The position numbers and the translations under genes are program-made. Positions 50,301-63,937 of a stretch of DNA of 64,000 nt are shown in pieces. The stretch comes from Haliotis rufescens (Eukaryota): positions 8,370,001 to 8,434,000 of the forward strand of contig NW_025963791.1 of assembly GCF_023055435.1 (NCBI RefSeq), in the 5' to 3' direction. The notes beneath the pieces are model-generated. The model was not told where the DNA came from, made no database searches, and saw only the letters and a program-made list of their open reading frames with translations. Positions within the stretch are counted from its first letter, which is position 1, and each line of letters starts with the position of its first letter.

Positions 50301-53300
50301 ATTCTTTTGCACCTTCTCAGTCTTTTGGAACAGATTATAGATATTTAATTTTTCATACATTTTGCTTTTACCCTGAAAATTATCAGAAATTTGGCTACAA
50401 AATTGTCCTTGTCAAAAACAGGCACAAACCATGTGAAAGCACAGTCAAAGCACTGACACGTGTGGACATGGTCTGGATGACAGTGGGTGTGACTGGCATG
50501 GTAGTGAGGATGGTGTGGGTCCTGTTCCACAGGGCGAACTTGACTGTCCAATGTCCATGTTAAAGTATGGGAGTTACATTCATCTTAGCGATAAGATCGC
50601 TTTGTGGAATGGAGCATGGGAGCTAGTTGGCACGGCCTGGAAGGTAGTGGGTGTGGTCTGGGTGGGAGTTAGCATGGCCTGGAGGATAGTAGCATGGCCT
50701 GGAGAATAGTGAGCATGGCCTGGAGGACAGTGGATGTCAATGAGGTCAGGATTGCACCATCATACATATACCAGCCCTGTATTCGTAGTGCAGTCATAGA
50801 AGGACAGAGGAGAGGACATGGATGCCACGGCACACACCATGCTTCAATAACAAACCTGAGTTAGTCAGACAGGTTCCAGATCATTGTATTAGTCACTCCA
50901 GATGGAAACTTAACACAACATCATCCACAGAATCCAAAATCATGCTGTCAGAATAGTGAAAGAACTCTTCCATTATCTGTTCTTTTCATCTCTATATCAT
51001 TCGGTCAAACATTATAATATTTTACTTTTTAGTTTGTTTGTTGTTTGATGCCGCACTCAGCAATATTCCAGCTCTATGATGGTGGTCTGTAAATAATCGG
51101 GTCTGGACGAGACACTCCAGTGATTGATATCATGAGCATCAATCCAATCAATTGGGATACAATGACATGTATCAAACAAGTTAACGAGTCAGACCACCCG
51201 ATCCCAATAGTCGCTTCTTTCGACAACCATAGTAGACTTTTACAGAAAGAATGGTTTGCTGCAGACCTATTCTAACCCGGATCTTCACAGGGCTATTTTA
51301 CTTTTAGTTAAATGTGCTGCAAACTGGAAAAGTAGTAACCTATCTATGAGGCCAAGACTGAATACAATGGAGTATTCAAACCTCTTCTGCCAGTGTGTTT
51401 TGTTTGTTGTTTAATGCCGCTTTCAGCAATATTCCAGCCTTGATGGCAGTCTGTAAATACTTAAGATTGGACAAGAAAATCCAGTGATTGACATCATGAG
51501 CATCGATCCACTGAATCGGGATACATGACATGCATCAATAACCACCTGATCCCATTAGATGCCTCTTACGACAAGCATAGGTTTCTGGAGATCAATTCTG
51601 AACCGAATCTTCACTGGAGTCTTCTGTCACACTCACACCAAAAGTTTATGTTGTTAATGCAAACTACCCATAAGTCCAAAACAGGAATTTATCTAGTATT
51701 CCTTGGCAAGTGCCCTTGGCAGGCATAATAGGAAATCATTGTGATTTTGTTCAAAACTAGGATTTAAAAAGAATTCTTTGTTTAGCCAACTCTAAAAGGT
51801 ATTTTAACATTGCGTTCAATGCAATAATGTAATATTAAGCATTAAAGACTCTTCTTCCATATTGGTCCTATCATGATAGCATCTCCCTCTCACCATACAC
51901 TAAATGACACCATACATGATAATGGGCTTCCATAACTGATCTGACTTTGGGGCAATACATTCGTCATGTAAAGTAAAACAGGGTTTCTGTCAAATGCTAA
52001 TTAAGTGAATATATAATATGTACAATATTCATCATGTGGCTGAGAAATAAAATGTAGTAAGTGGCCAAAAGGTTATTCCTATGCTATGATTAGACAAGAA
52101 GACATTTGCTGATTTGGGTTACAAATCCTTGTTATACTTTGTCACTCTCAACTTTTTAACAACAGTACAAGACTGCATGTGTTTACTGATTCAGCTTTAA
52201 CATGTTTAAAGAAATACTAATGAAAATTCTGCAACTCAATCCAATGTCTTCAAAACAAAAATAAATTTACTTTTCAAAGATCAATTTGCAAAAAGGAAAT
52301 ATTAATGATATGCAAATTTATACTTAACAATAATTCAAGACTAAATGTTCTTATTCGTTCAAAATGTTAAGGACATAATAAATAATTCACCTTTCGCTTC
52401 ACAAACGAGTGTCCTATTCACAAAACTAAACATGCTAAAGACATTATTTAAACATTGTTTTGAAAAAAACCCATTTTGAATGCTTAATTCATTGTGTCTA
52501 ATAATCATGTCACACATAGCAAAGAAATGTGGAAATAGAAATCAATATTCAAATCAAATCTTTTCATCACTTCTATGACCACTGCAAATGCACATGGAAC
52601 AAAGGATTATCAAATGGTAGGTATATTCATGCCACAATCAAGGACGACAACATAATTCATTGAAGTAGACGGTTAGTTTAGCCTCAAACTGTCTCTTGGT
52701 CAATAATAAGCATGATCAACTGTCAACAATGCAGCATTCTGTAAATGTTATCAACATACAGTCAACACACTAAAGAGTGTATTAAGATGCCTTGTATACA
52801 GAAATGCATTGAACAATGGCACAGGTTGATACGGCTACACAACGGACCAACAATGCGCATGGAGAGCGACAGAGACAGTGTTTACCACATGCAAAGTGGA
52901 AACAAAATAGGCTTACTCTATTGTTACTCTTCTTTTGCTCCTATAATCGTAACAAAATCATAGAAATGAAGAAACATTCCTGAAAATCAGTCTTAAATGT
53001 TGTAAAATAAGGATAAAAGGAATAAGTGCCCATAGTAATGCAAGCAAAATGTGGAAACTGATATTTATTATTTGCATCTTCGACCTCTATACTGAAAGGC
53101 TGAAACTAATGTAAACCGTTTTTTGGTGAATAAGTAATATCCCAGTCAAGTCATTGCGGTCTGTAAATATTATGAATCCAGGCCAGGAAAAGCATCTGTT
53201 GGCAGCTAGAGTGAGTGAGCGAGTATGGTTTTACGCCGCTTTTAGCAATATTCCAGCAATACCATGGCGGGGGGACACCACAAATGGGCTTCACACATTG

Positions 53301-56300
53301 TACCGATGTGGGGTATCGAACCCGGGTCTTTGGCGTGATGGGCGAACGCTTTAACCACTAGACTACCCCACTGCCCTGTTTACAGCTAGAGAACAATCCA
53401 GGTAGTCAGACTATGACAACATACAAGCAGTCAGGTTACACATTGTAAGCACCTCACCACTTAAAACAAGCATGGGGTACTACTACTAGGAGCATCTTCT
53501 CCTGGGAATCCCTGAGGTAACATTCTGTCAGACTGCTCATCCTTAGTCACATTTAAAATAAGATGTAAAAGAAAATGTTTTTTTCTAACCTCTAAAGTAG
53601 AGAGTTGCGATGACTTTCATGTAATCCAAAAATATCTTTACAATGAGTACAAGTTATAACACATGATTCTTAAAACAAATTCTATCTTGCAGACCTGGGC
53701 TCTATTCCACAAAGTGATCACAATGCTAAGATGATCATAACACCCATACTTTGGCACTAAGGTAGTCGTAGCACCTAGGTCACCTTGTGGAACGGGGCCC
53801 TTGTCATAAAGTGCATAGGAACAATGCCATGGGCTGCCACACAATGAATGATAAAGCATGGGAAGTAGTTCTGAACCAGCTTTAGCTGCAGACATAATGC
53901 AGAGGGAGGAATAGTGTGGGTCATTACATATCATCAAATACCTTGTATCCCTGCATCGGGTAAAAGCCTCTACGAACCTAAAACAACTCCAGATGATAGC
54001 AAGTCCCAGCTAGCACACTTAATATCACTTAACACTGGATGGGACACTGTGCTGTTAAAGAACGCCATTAGTTCCATCTCATCCTTCCACAAGAAAACAC
54101 AAAGCTATCTAACATGGGGGAGAGGGGCATTCAACAGTTTACAATGACTGAAGACGTTATTAGGACTTATAAACAGGACCAAAATAATTGTCATATGACT
54201 TCACACATAAGAAATACTGAGTGAGTGAGTTTGGTTTTAAGCCGCTTGTAGCAATAATCCAGCAGCATCACAGCAGGGGACACCAGGAATGGGCTTCACA
54301 CATTTTACCCAAATGCTTGAACGACTATGACACGCCTACCCACCCCATACAAGATATTGAACTTCGCACACTCACAGGATCAATGTGAAGTTGACCTTAT
54401 ATGTGGCTACTGTGAAAATGCAATTTGATTTGTCTCGATACCATTTGCAGCTCACAAGACCAAAATAAACCGTCCCCAGCAGATCTGCCTGTATATAGCC
54501 CAGGCTGAAAATATTAGAGCCTACTAGCTAAAAGGACACTGTGTGTTTTAGCAACATTTTCTGTACAATATTCGAAAATAAGGGAGTCCTGGAGTGCTTG
54601 AGGTTTGAACCTATAATACTTGAATCCAGGGACCCTCTTAATACACAGGTCTACAGGAAAGAATTTATCTTTTGGCATACTGTCAGTGGATTCAAAGCTT
54701 TGTATGTGGACTGATATAAGCTGACAAGACCAAACAAAAGTTTCCAGACATATGCCACATCACAATGCAAATTTGTCATGGAAATTCACACAACATAAAT
54801 ATGTTACAAAAATTAGTCATCTTTAAGCATTGCATTTATTAAGTTTCAGAATACATGTATATGTACCCAACCACAACCCTTCCTATCTGCTGAATGGCAT
54901 GAGTTAAAAACTGAAAATTTCCTCAGAATGAAACTGGATTTCTCATACCTCATCAGCATGTTTGCGACTCTCATCAAGGGCCATTTGTAGTTTGATATCG
55001 TCCGACTTCTGCTTGCGTAGCTCCTCATCATGTTCCTCTTTGCTCATGGCGAGTGCAAGCTGCAGCTGGAGTTCCTCCTCCCCGACCGACGCTGGCCGAG
55101 CATGGTCAAGCTCGACAGACATGCGGCGGCTACCACTCCCACCACTGGTCGGCGACACTGAAACAGCTGAGAGAGAAAAGACTCAGCGGGTCTGACCCCA
55201 ATGTCAAACTCCAAATGATGTATGCAGTTTGTGACTTGAGCCAACAGTATGAAGACAAGAACTAGTTACCGTATATGACCGCGGATAAGCCGACCCCGCA
55301 GATAAGCCGAGGTGTTAACTTGACCATTGAAATACGAAAGAAAATGATATGACCCGCAGATAAGCCGAACCAGGAATTGAAAGGCAAAAAAACACTGCCA
55401 AGTCGGACTGCAAGACATGTGCCGGTGTACTCGCAGATTTTCAAAAATATAAGATGAAAAATGTTGTAATTATATTGAAAAGTCATTATTATTTCTAATA
55501 AAGATTTAACAAACCAGTCATCCACTTTCATAATGTGGGAAGCTGTTTCTCGTGGTTTTTTTTAATCTCATAATGATCGTTATATGTTGCCATCAACAAC
55601 AACCATTTTGTGAATCGGTGTATATAGAATTATGAACCCGTGAGAAAATATATCAGCTAAATCGAAGACTCGCAGTTTGAATTCAACATCGTAAGCATGG
55701 CGTTTTCGTTGGAGAATGTCAGTCAGTAAAAATATACCAACTTTTATAACCCCCTTTACACCACTATTGTACATGTTAATCCAATTGAATTAAATAAACT
55801 ATCATACTATGAACCCATTGAATGACCATCACTTACTCACAGGCTTCTCCAGTTTATTAAACTAATCTCTCGAAAACAAAGGAATTAAGCTCCTACTCCC
55901 AACACGATCGCTAAGCACCCACAACTTGAAAATGTTTGTGTAAACAACATGACAATACCAATCGGCCCGTTATTATCAATGCACATTTTCTTGTGTACCG
56001 TGTTGCTTTTTAAACAACAGGAAGCAATCACAGTGGTCACCGTTTGTGACGTCACAGGAAACAGCTGATCACATGTTTTTGCAAATGGCGAACGGAATAA
56101 CTCGCCCGATACAGTTGTTTATTTGCCTCTTTCAATAAAGGTAGACACTTGTTCACTATCAATTTATGAACTTTGAAAAACGTACGTAATAGCTATTGGC
56201 GATTTCATCTGGGGATTATATATTATAGCTGTGAATTACATATATTGTTACATGTAAAAATTGTCGAGTTTACGAAGAACGATAAACTTTGAACATTCAA

Positions 56301-59300
56301 TTGAAAACTTATTATCGGAAGTAGTAACATGCATAACATTTTTTTAATAATGACAACATTGGTGTATAATAATAACTTTATTGATAATTTATAACAATAA
56401 TGGCTCTAGTCGTGGCAACTTCCAAACTTTCGGGAAGTTATGATAAATCGGACCGTCATTCAGGCGATGTTTCTGACAGATCACGATCTGAAAAATACTA
56501 TCATGAAAGTGTATCCCGTGGATAAGCCGACCCCTTTCTACAGAATCTTTTTTCTGGTCCTCAAAATTCGGCTTATACGCGGTCATATACGGTAAGTAAA
56601 ATTCTATTCCAACAAGAAAGCTCAGTCAATAAACAGTTTATTTAACAACACTAAACTACTGTAAATGACACGGAGAGCGAAGATCTGGCTGGTGGTACTG
56701 TGACTTAATAGTTTCACTGTTTATTTATATTGAAGCATGTGTGTTTGATTCATCTGATATTTCTGTTCTGAGAAGAAATAAATTAATCAATAATCAGTAT
56801 CCGCTGAGTTCATGTAAGATATTCTCAACTGGATCACCATGTTTTTGTTTCAAACAAGGACATTCCCATCTTCATTAACGAGATTAATAAGCAAAAGGCA
56901 TCACACAAACTTTGTATTTTATTTGCTGTTGTTACAGTGGCCACAGACAGGCAGCTGTAATCCTATTTCAAATCCGAGGCCATTTAAACAGATATTCTTC
57001 TTTCTCATGACTTTTTGGTTTGTTTTCTTGGACACTTGAGTGAGTGAATATGGTTTTACACCGCTTTTAGCAATATTCAAGTAATATCACAGAGTGGGAC
57101 AACAGAAATTGGCTTCACACATTGTACCCATGTCGGGAATCGAACCCAGGTCTTCGGCATGACGAGCAAATGCTTTAACCCTTAGGCTACCCGACCGTCC
57201 CTCTTGGACACTGACTGACTGTCCTCCAAAATGTCCTAAAGATATTTTTCAACTTTTGTAATCAGGAAAATGTCATTACATATATCTCAAGAAAAAAAAT
57301 AACTCGATGGAGGGGTTTATCTTTTTAATTTTATTTCCTTATTAGAAGTCTGGTGTTAATAATGCTTATGTAGCTCTTGACTTCATTTGCATACACCACT
57401 TATGTCTCTGAGAACATAGAAGCTATGACGACACAGTGAACATCCCCTGTGAATCTGACACACCATGAATGGAATGACATGTGCAGAAACTAAATTTAAG
57501 TTAGAGATTACGTTTCTAAACAGTGGCAATAGAATCTAGTCATGAAAAACAAGAAATCTATTTTGACAAGCCTAAACTTTAATTAGCTCTTAGCCATGTT
57601 CCAAGTATGGGGAGATCAAAGATTATCAGTTCCAAACGTACCATCATCATATCCTGAGCCTGTTGCACCACCGTAAGGGTCAGCATAACCGCCAGATCCT
57701 GACTGGAGGGTTGGACTACCTGCATCAAATCTGGTCTACAAGGAAAACAAGAAATTTCTCTAGAAACAAAAACATCAGAATGTACTTAAATCACATCAGG
57801 CAGAACAGTATGAATGATAATCACATAAGACTGAAGATCGTTTTCTGTATGGCACAATAAGAAACATAGAAAAATATACACTCTGCTCTTATTTATCATG
57901 TCTTCTGTGAAACACAAACCTGGTCTTGTGTCACAGATAGAAGACCTCATTTTGTTAAATGCCATTCATAAATCCAGGGGTTGATTTAACTGCTGGCCTG
58001 TTGGCCCGTGGCCAGTTAAAATTACAAAGGACTTGGTGAAACCTAAAGTAGATGGCTCACTTGGAAACTAAAAAATTTAAACCCTTCTCCATGTATGATT
58101 AATTCTATTAATACTCGTGAAGACGTAAATTTGATGAGAAAATATTTAGGGGGTGATGAGGTCTTGTGAATTGTTAACTCAAAGAAAGATATATGTCAGT
58201 GATCTTGTTAGAAGGACATCCAGCCACCATTTTGTAATGTCGCGTACAACAACATCCTTATTTTCTCATAAATCATCACTACGTTTTCTTCCACTTTTCA
58301 ACAGCCTTTTATTTTTAAGACCAAAATAGCACCATACCTCAGCTGTTCCCCTTTTGTTGGGAACGATTTCTTCAGCAATGTTTAGTCGAGAGGCTCGATA
58401 TAGAGATGTGAAAATGACAAAGAGAAGTGTGTACTCGAAAGAATATTCATCCGAGCCATACCAGGAAGACTTTTAAGTACTGTATTTCATTACTGATTAA
58501 ACCCAAAGAAATAAGCTTCTGTAAGTATTTTACATAATATTTTACCGACCCATTTAGATTATATATCTCAATATATATAAGTACTATTACTGAAGTTTTG
58601 TTGTAACTATATGACTGAAATAATGCTGATACGACGTTATATTTTGTGCAATATTATGCTCTCTGAGCAGTCTGTCATTGGCCGACTTAAATTTATGATT
58701 TCAAAATCTTCTGGACCACTGGAGTTTGAGAGTGTTTTGTGGAACAACCCAGAGAAATGCTTACTCAAAGTACTTGTCATCATTTACATTTTCCATTATT
58801 AATGAACAATTGGATTTCAACATATTTAACATTGTGGGCGTCATAATCATTATAATGTGCGAACACCACGAAACACATACATGTTAGTATTTCCCGTTTT
58901 GAAATAACACAAAAATTGCAACTAATTCCATTGCAAAAAGATAAATATCAACATCAACGTGTACTGACATGGCCACAACATATTAAATACACACTAATAC
59001 TATCATGATCATTCAGCCAAATCACAACTGAGTTGAAAAGATTATTTTCTGAATGACAATATATTAAACAATTAAAAGTTAGGAGACCATAGTCAAACAC
59101 TGAGAACGCACGAACACTGAAACTGATGACACAGCACTTTTCACATAATGCTTCCACCTTCGAGCCCTTGGGCAAGGGTCACTGTACCGTTCAAGTTCGT
59201 TCCAAGTGGTTTATTTATTTGTCAGGAAGTGGAACTTATTTCAATGAGGATTGGGCAGGAAATCAGTTTGGTGTACAATGGTGTATATTCTGAACATGAG

Positions 59301-61081
59301 TCTTGATATGTCAGAGCTCTACACAACTGAAGTCAAACTCACTAACAAACAAACATATAAATTATAGAGGTAAGGATAAGAATTTATGGATGAACAACTT
59401 CTTTTTTACAATTAAGAGTGACATTTCGGTGTAGGTTCTATCACTTGTTTGATAACGGTGTTAGAACCTACACTGAAACGTCGCTCTTAATTGTAATAAA
59501 GAATTTGTTCATCCATGAATTCTTATCCTTACTTAGTACTCCAACTTCTAAATGCCTATCAAAGAAGATATAAATTATAATGTCAGAATATCCGAAACAT
59601 CTCTACAATTGTAAAAAACGGTTGATCATCTATGCTACCTTACTAAAATACACTACTCAAAAAAAGTTAAAGAACACCCGATTCATTCATATAACTAAGT
59701 TAAACTGGCATGGCATGAAAGATTAACTATAGTAATATGAAAGAATCACGTGTTCTCTAATTTCTTTTGAGTAGTATATATTGCAGATTTATCAACTTTA
59801 CTCAGCATGCTCAGTAGAATTATTTGATCCAATTGTAGAAATATGTGTATGCAACCATTTTACTGATGAGAGTTGGGTTCAACCCCACTATGAACAGGAT
59901 TTCCGTTTTATCATGATGTGTTAGCTTACCATACCTTAGTGATAGGTAAGGCCAGTGTTTACCACTCTGGTCTAAAAACTATGGATAACAACCAAAATAA
60001 AGCGAGAATTCAGTGCTCAGAGGCCAATATCAAACGTCAGTAAAACTTCCCAATTTGAATGAAAAATGTCCCGATTCTAACAAAATTTACAAAAATAAAA
60101 ACTTTAAACAAAATCCAATTTTGAACAACATCACATTTTTACCCAATTTGCCCGCCAAGGGCACTCAGATTGGAATCCTAAATAAATCTCTGTACTTGCC
60201 GACTTGTCTGATCCATGCAAAGGGGAGCAACTCAGTGAATTGCCTGTCTGTACCACCGGGTCGGTCATGCCCCCTGACTTTTTCTGACACACACAATGCA
60301 TACTAGTATGAAAACAGGATCAACCGACAACGCAAAAATATAACAGTTGAATTAAACATTCAGTTCTTAAATACATGATACTTTTTAGGGATAGCAACTT
60401 CATTTATTCTGTCACAATGTTTCAGAGCTACTTCTTGCTCCTTCATCACCTGATGAAACCTCGTGACAAAGGATATAAGAAGTCCATTCAAAGTGTCATG
60501 TATTCATGTTCTCCCAACTTCTAAATGCCTATCAAAGACTTCATTCAGTACTTATGTAAATGGCAATCATGCCCAGTGCTTACCCTTTCTCCTCCTGTAC
60601 TTCCTATACCCATCGCACTTTGTGCAAAACGTTCTTTGGCTTTCAGAGCCTTTGCACGTTCATTTTTTAAACGTTCATCATCAGAGAGAAGAGCCACAAG
60701 CTGCTTGGCCTTTTCTCTCACGTTCATCCCTTGGTCCTTGTTTCCAGCATCAATGTATTGAAAACTGGTCAAAGTTTTGACAGCGTGAAAGTTTTCCTTG
60801 CATTGCTGTGCTACTTTCTCACTACCAGTTTTTATAATGTAGTCTAGAACCATCAACGATTTATACACATGTCGCCAGTTCTTTCCATCGTCATTCAAAC
60901 GCTTCCACACCATCTGCATAATTTCCGTGAAAGCCACCACATTGTATGTCAAGTCTGCAATTTCCGACATGAGAGTACTTGACGGACCCCACGGGTCGTT
61001 AGAGGTGGCCTCCCGGACCTTAACTTGAGCGTCAGAGTAATTCTTAACCACATTTTTTAGTGTTCGGCGTATAGTTGGCAT
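41129..61081 (-). CDS. EPN: Epsin (ENTH-UIM-DPW-NPF endocytic adaptor); coding exons 61081-60584, 57735-57642, 55157-54949, 47550-47259, 44096-43857, 41999-41850, 41331-41129 (~561 aa; possible extra exon 49068-49036)
   Basis: ENTH domain (IRRTLKNVVKNYSDAQVKVREATSNDPWGPS...WRHVYKSL), two UIMs (EEELQLQLALAMSKEE, DDIKLQMALDESRK), DPW x4, clathrin-box-like LFSLAD and LVNLDEL, NPF x3 ending YNPFL*. All GT-AG with consistent phases (1686 nt). Confidence 0.95.
43474..43850. repeat. Four near-identical 94-bp tandem repeats just inside an epsin intron
   Basis: Units start at 43474, 43568, 43662 and 43756. Confidence 0.95.
45682..46034 (-). mobile_element. tRNA-derived SINE family C (Meta/RUDI-like central domain); partial copy at ~25380-25640
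   Basis: A-box TGGTCTAGTGG, B-box GGTTTGATCCC, (CACCT)n tail, 11-bp TSD CCACAATATGA (45671-45681, 46035-46045). Confidence 0.88.
46558..46811 (+). mobile_element. SINE A nested in the opposite orientation inside an older SINE A (~46372-46860, minus strand)
   Basis: 10-bp TSD CTCTTACAAC (46548-46557, 46812-46821). Confidence 0.85.
47259..47550 (-). CDS. EPN: Epsin DPW-repeat exon
   Basis: Four DPW motifs; acceptor atttcag|, donor G|gtaggt. Confidence 0.9.
49610..49869 (-). mobile_element. SINE family A
   Basis: Full-length similarity to the other copies. Confidence 0.8.
51030..51293 (-). mobile_element. SINE family A (a second, older copy follows at ~51398-51621)
   Basis: TSD TATTTTACTTTT (51018-51029, 51294-51305). 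Confidence 0.8.
54949..55157 (-). CDS. EPN: Epsin UIM exon
   Basis: Two UIM helices; acceptor tttcag|, donor GAG|gtatga. Confidence 0.93.
55269..56592 (-). mobile_element. Non-autonomous pogo-like DNA transposon
   Basis: TA TSD; 25-bp TIR CCGTATATGACCGCGKATAAGCCGA; internal relic QRKRHAYDVEFKLRVFDLA resembling the Brinker-type DNA-binding N-terminus of pogo transposases. Confidence 0.9.
59367..59567. mobile_element. Penelope-like retroelement footprint (inverted terminal fragments)
   Basis: ~70-bp inverted arms at 59370-59532; 12-bp TSD ATATAAATTATA (59355-59366, 59568-59579); TGAT..-stem-GAAACGTC motif; tail CCAACTTCTAAATGCCTATCAAAGA shared with ~60514-60538. Confidence 0.6.
59651..59776. 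mobile_element. Tc1-type MITE (diverged copy at ~35333-35432)
   Basis: TA flanks; TIR CACTACTCAAAAAAAGTTAAAGAACAC. Confidence 0.75.
60584..61081 (-). CDS. EPN: Epsin first coding exon (ENTH domain)
   Basis: ATG at 61081, donor AGG|gtaagc at 60583, upstream acceptor tttcag| before 61167. Confidence 0.97.
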
Positions 61082-62342
61082 CTTGTCTCAGTCTCTATTT
61101 TTTTAAAACAACAAACACTCCTGTGAAGTACTTTTTAAGCTAAAACTTCATAACTTTATGGTAGAATCTGAAACCAAGAAGATACTCTGTATTAGTGAAT
61201 GGGATTAATGAATATACAGCTTGATACAATAAGACTTCGTCATAACCCTAAGATGCTTATGTTACAATAAAATCAATATAACAAAGCGGATTCCAGGTTG
61301 CTACTATAACACTATTAATAAAAACACATTATGGACACCCTGTAATTTCAAATACTGTCAATGGCTAATAAGCACACTTGTACTTAGATTTTGGGTAAAA
61401 ATTATTATCCACGTACAGTGGACACAATAATACCAAATCAGTTTGCATAAAATAATCAAATCCGGATGAAGAAAGTCTGAAAACCAGTTATTCATAGCTT
61501 CATAGAGTGGTAGTCCATACTGTCAGGGTAAAATTGATCCACAATCACAGATCAGTAGAGTCAAACATTGTAACTAGCAGCACATAAGTCTAACATTCTT
61601 AAATAAATTTAATGACATATGCTGGGGCACCAGAGATGTATTTTGGCCCATAAATACAACAGAGGGTATTTCAAGATTTGAGTCAAAATCTCAAACAGAG
61701 ATAAACATAGAATTATCACAGAATATGAAGAGTTTCCAGGTAAGGTACTTTTTTCTATAGTTACTTAGTAGATGAATTTTGGACATCGCCTAAGGCTATC
61801 AACACAGGGCCATATTCCTACACAACCTGTGTTCAAAAGATTCAGGGGCCTGAGTCAAGCACCTAGCCAGACATTAAATTTAAAGATTAATGAAACTGCC
61901 ATGGTGACCTAAAAATAGCTAAGCTAGGACTTAGCACTTTCTTGTTATTGTAACAAGCTATCCTGAGCATGATATTAAGGCTTGGCCTATTTCACAAGTA
62001 GAAAGTCCTGTTCAAGGATGGTTAGGCCTATTTCTAGGTTATGACAGTATCGAAGTTTCAGTCTTACATACTATCTCTTTTAAGCATTCATTTTTAAATT
62101 AAATTAAATAAAATGACATGAAACGATAAATTCCATAATGAAAGTCATGCCGCCCTACAAATAGAGGCGGAAGTAACCTATAGAGTGAAATGCAGATGTT
62201 TCAGATAACTTCCGACGTCTTGTTTTTCTGCCTGACATGAACAAACAACGGTTCACTGAAGTTTGAGTCGCTATCTTTCCCTGAAAACCAAAACTCTATA
62301 ATGTAATAACTTTAAAACTATTATGTGATAACTGAATCTTAC

Positions 62343-62455
62343 CTACTACACATAAAGTACGTAATTACCCTCAAATCTCAAAAGTATTTGTCTGAAGACA
62401 CCGACTTCGTCCTTCCTGGAGAAGAAAAATGGCGAAATACCACTTCCTGTGACTA
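62343..62455 (-). promoter_or_regulatory. Probable epsin promoter and non-coding first exon
   Basis: ETS-like CAGGAAGTG (~62441-62449), YY1-type CGCCATTTT (~62426-62434) and donor TAG|gtaaga at 62342; the coding exon has an upstream acceptor. Confidence 0.55.
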
Positions 62456-63582
62456 ATCCAGCAGGGAGGTAAAGATAACAGCCACTTTTAATCAAGTTCT
62501 GTACGCCTGTCCCTCAACACATCTAGGAAACATCATAATGAGTCACACTTGATATCATTTAACCATTAAAAAAAATCACAGTTTGATCTATATGTGATAG
62601 TTAACAAATACAAGTTTAATTTTAGTAACAGTAAATCTGTTTGTCAGAACGGCAATTATACTACTGCTTACAAGCCCAGGATTACCGTTACCGAATTACG
62701 TTACATTTGGATCGTGTGAGACAAAAACATTTGTCATTTTTCATTTTAGATAATTTTATATGATTTCAATAAATATTTTCCAACCACATGAACATATTTT
62801 AACAAGAAAGTAGATGTAAACAAAGTTGTGAGTTTGCTTTTATATGAAACTGTCGTCCCCCATATCTTATTTGTTATTCGCGAGAACCTGTCTGAAAGTT
62901 CCCTCTCCCCAGAGTGAGATAAGTGGCACGGATGAACGTGACACAAGTCTATATCACTACTATTCAACAAAACGCTCAGGTTTGATTTGTTTAAGGAGCT
63001 TTAGATAGCCCTGTCTGTATTTTCAGTGCTCTAGTAGCTCAGTCTATTTTAGTTGAGAAAGGAATGTTAAATGTTGGGTAGATTAAGATGTTGCTCGGCA
63101 ATGTTTACAAACGTATTTTGCCCTCTGCACAGGGGAAGATGCGGCAACCACTGCAGATTAAATCTAATTCCCCCTAAATTCGAATTATTTACCAAATGCT
63201 CATGCATAGGTGTAGGTACGGTGCATATTCATTGGAGAATGTGTCATTGATATCCTGTTTATGGGGAGGAGGTGACATGCACTTGTGTTCACATCAAGTT
63301 TGACTATTGAGTCCTTTGGTCCATTACATCGATAATTGATTTTAATCACCGTAGACCAATGTAATAATGAATGGTTGTAGTTATCTATAATTATTTTATT
63401 GTTCACATCTTTTCCTGACACAGCAGATGATATTGTAGAATTTGATAATGTTGACTTGTATGTATCTCTGATATAATAGTAATATTGTCAAGTATATCAT
63501 ATACACTTGAAAGTATTGTCCTCATGTAATCAGGGGCGGTGGGGTCGTCTAGTGGTTAAAGGGTTTGCTCGTCATGCTGAAG

Positions 63583-63937
63583 ACCCCCTCCGTGGTCTCG
63601 TGGTAGAGCGTCCGCCCGGAGAGCGGAAGGTTCGGGGTTCGATCCCCGGCCGCGTCATACCAAAAGACGTTAATAGATGGTACTTGTTGTTACCCTGTCT
63701 GGCGCTCGGCATTAAGGGGCTAAAACAAGGACTGGTCGGCTCGGAGTCAGTATACTGTGTCTGAGTGGGGTATTCATGTTAAACTGCGGCATGGTATCTC
63801 AGTGAGCTAGCACTATAAATCAGCATCAGTCTGGACGAGTACAAGCAGCCACACAAACACACACACGTACATGCACGTCGCTATAAAAGTGCAATAATCT
63901 TGGACGTGACGTTAAACCCCATTTCACCTCACCTCAC
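63583..63937 (+). mobile_element. SINE family C inserted inside the tRNA head of a SINE B (63533-63582 plus 63951->64000)
   Basis: 13-bp TSD CGTCATGCTGAAG (63570-63582, 63938-63950). Confidence 0.9.

Noticed and set aside
50345-50780. His/Pro-rich segment in an epsin intron as an alternative exon
   Set aside because: Interrupted by a MITE, in-frame stops, no convincing splice pair
62429-62475. Divergent + strand first exon (ATGGCG... and GAG|gtaaag) suggesting a bidirectional promoter
   Set aside because: The ORF stops after 7 codons and no downstream exon is visible
63200-63460. Possible terminal exon of an upstream minus-strand gene
   Set aside because: No recognisable homology and a weak acceptor; cannot be supported within this window
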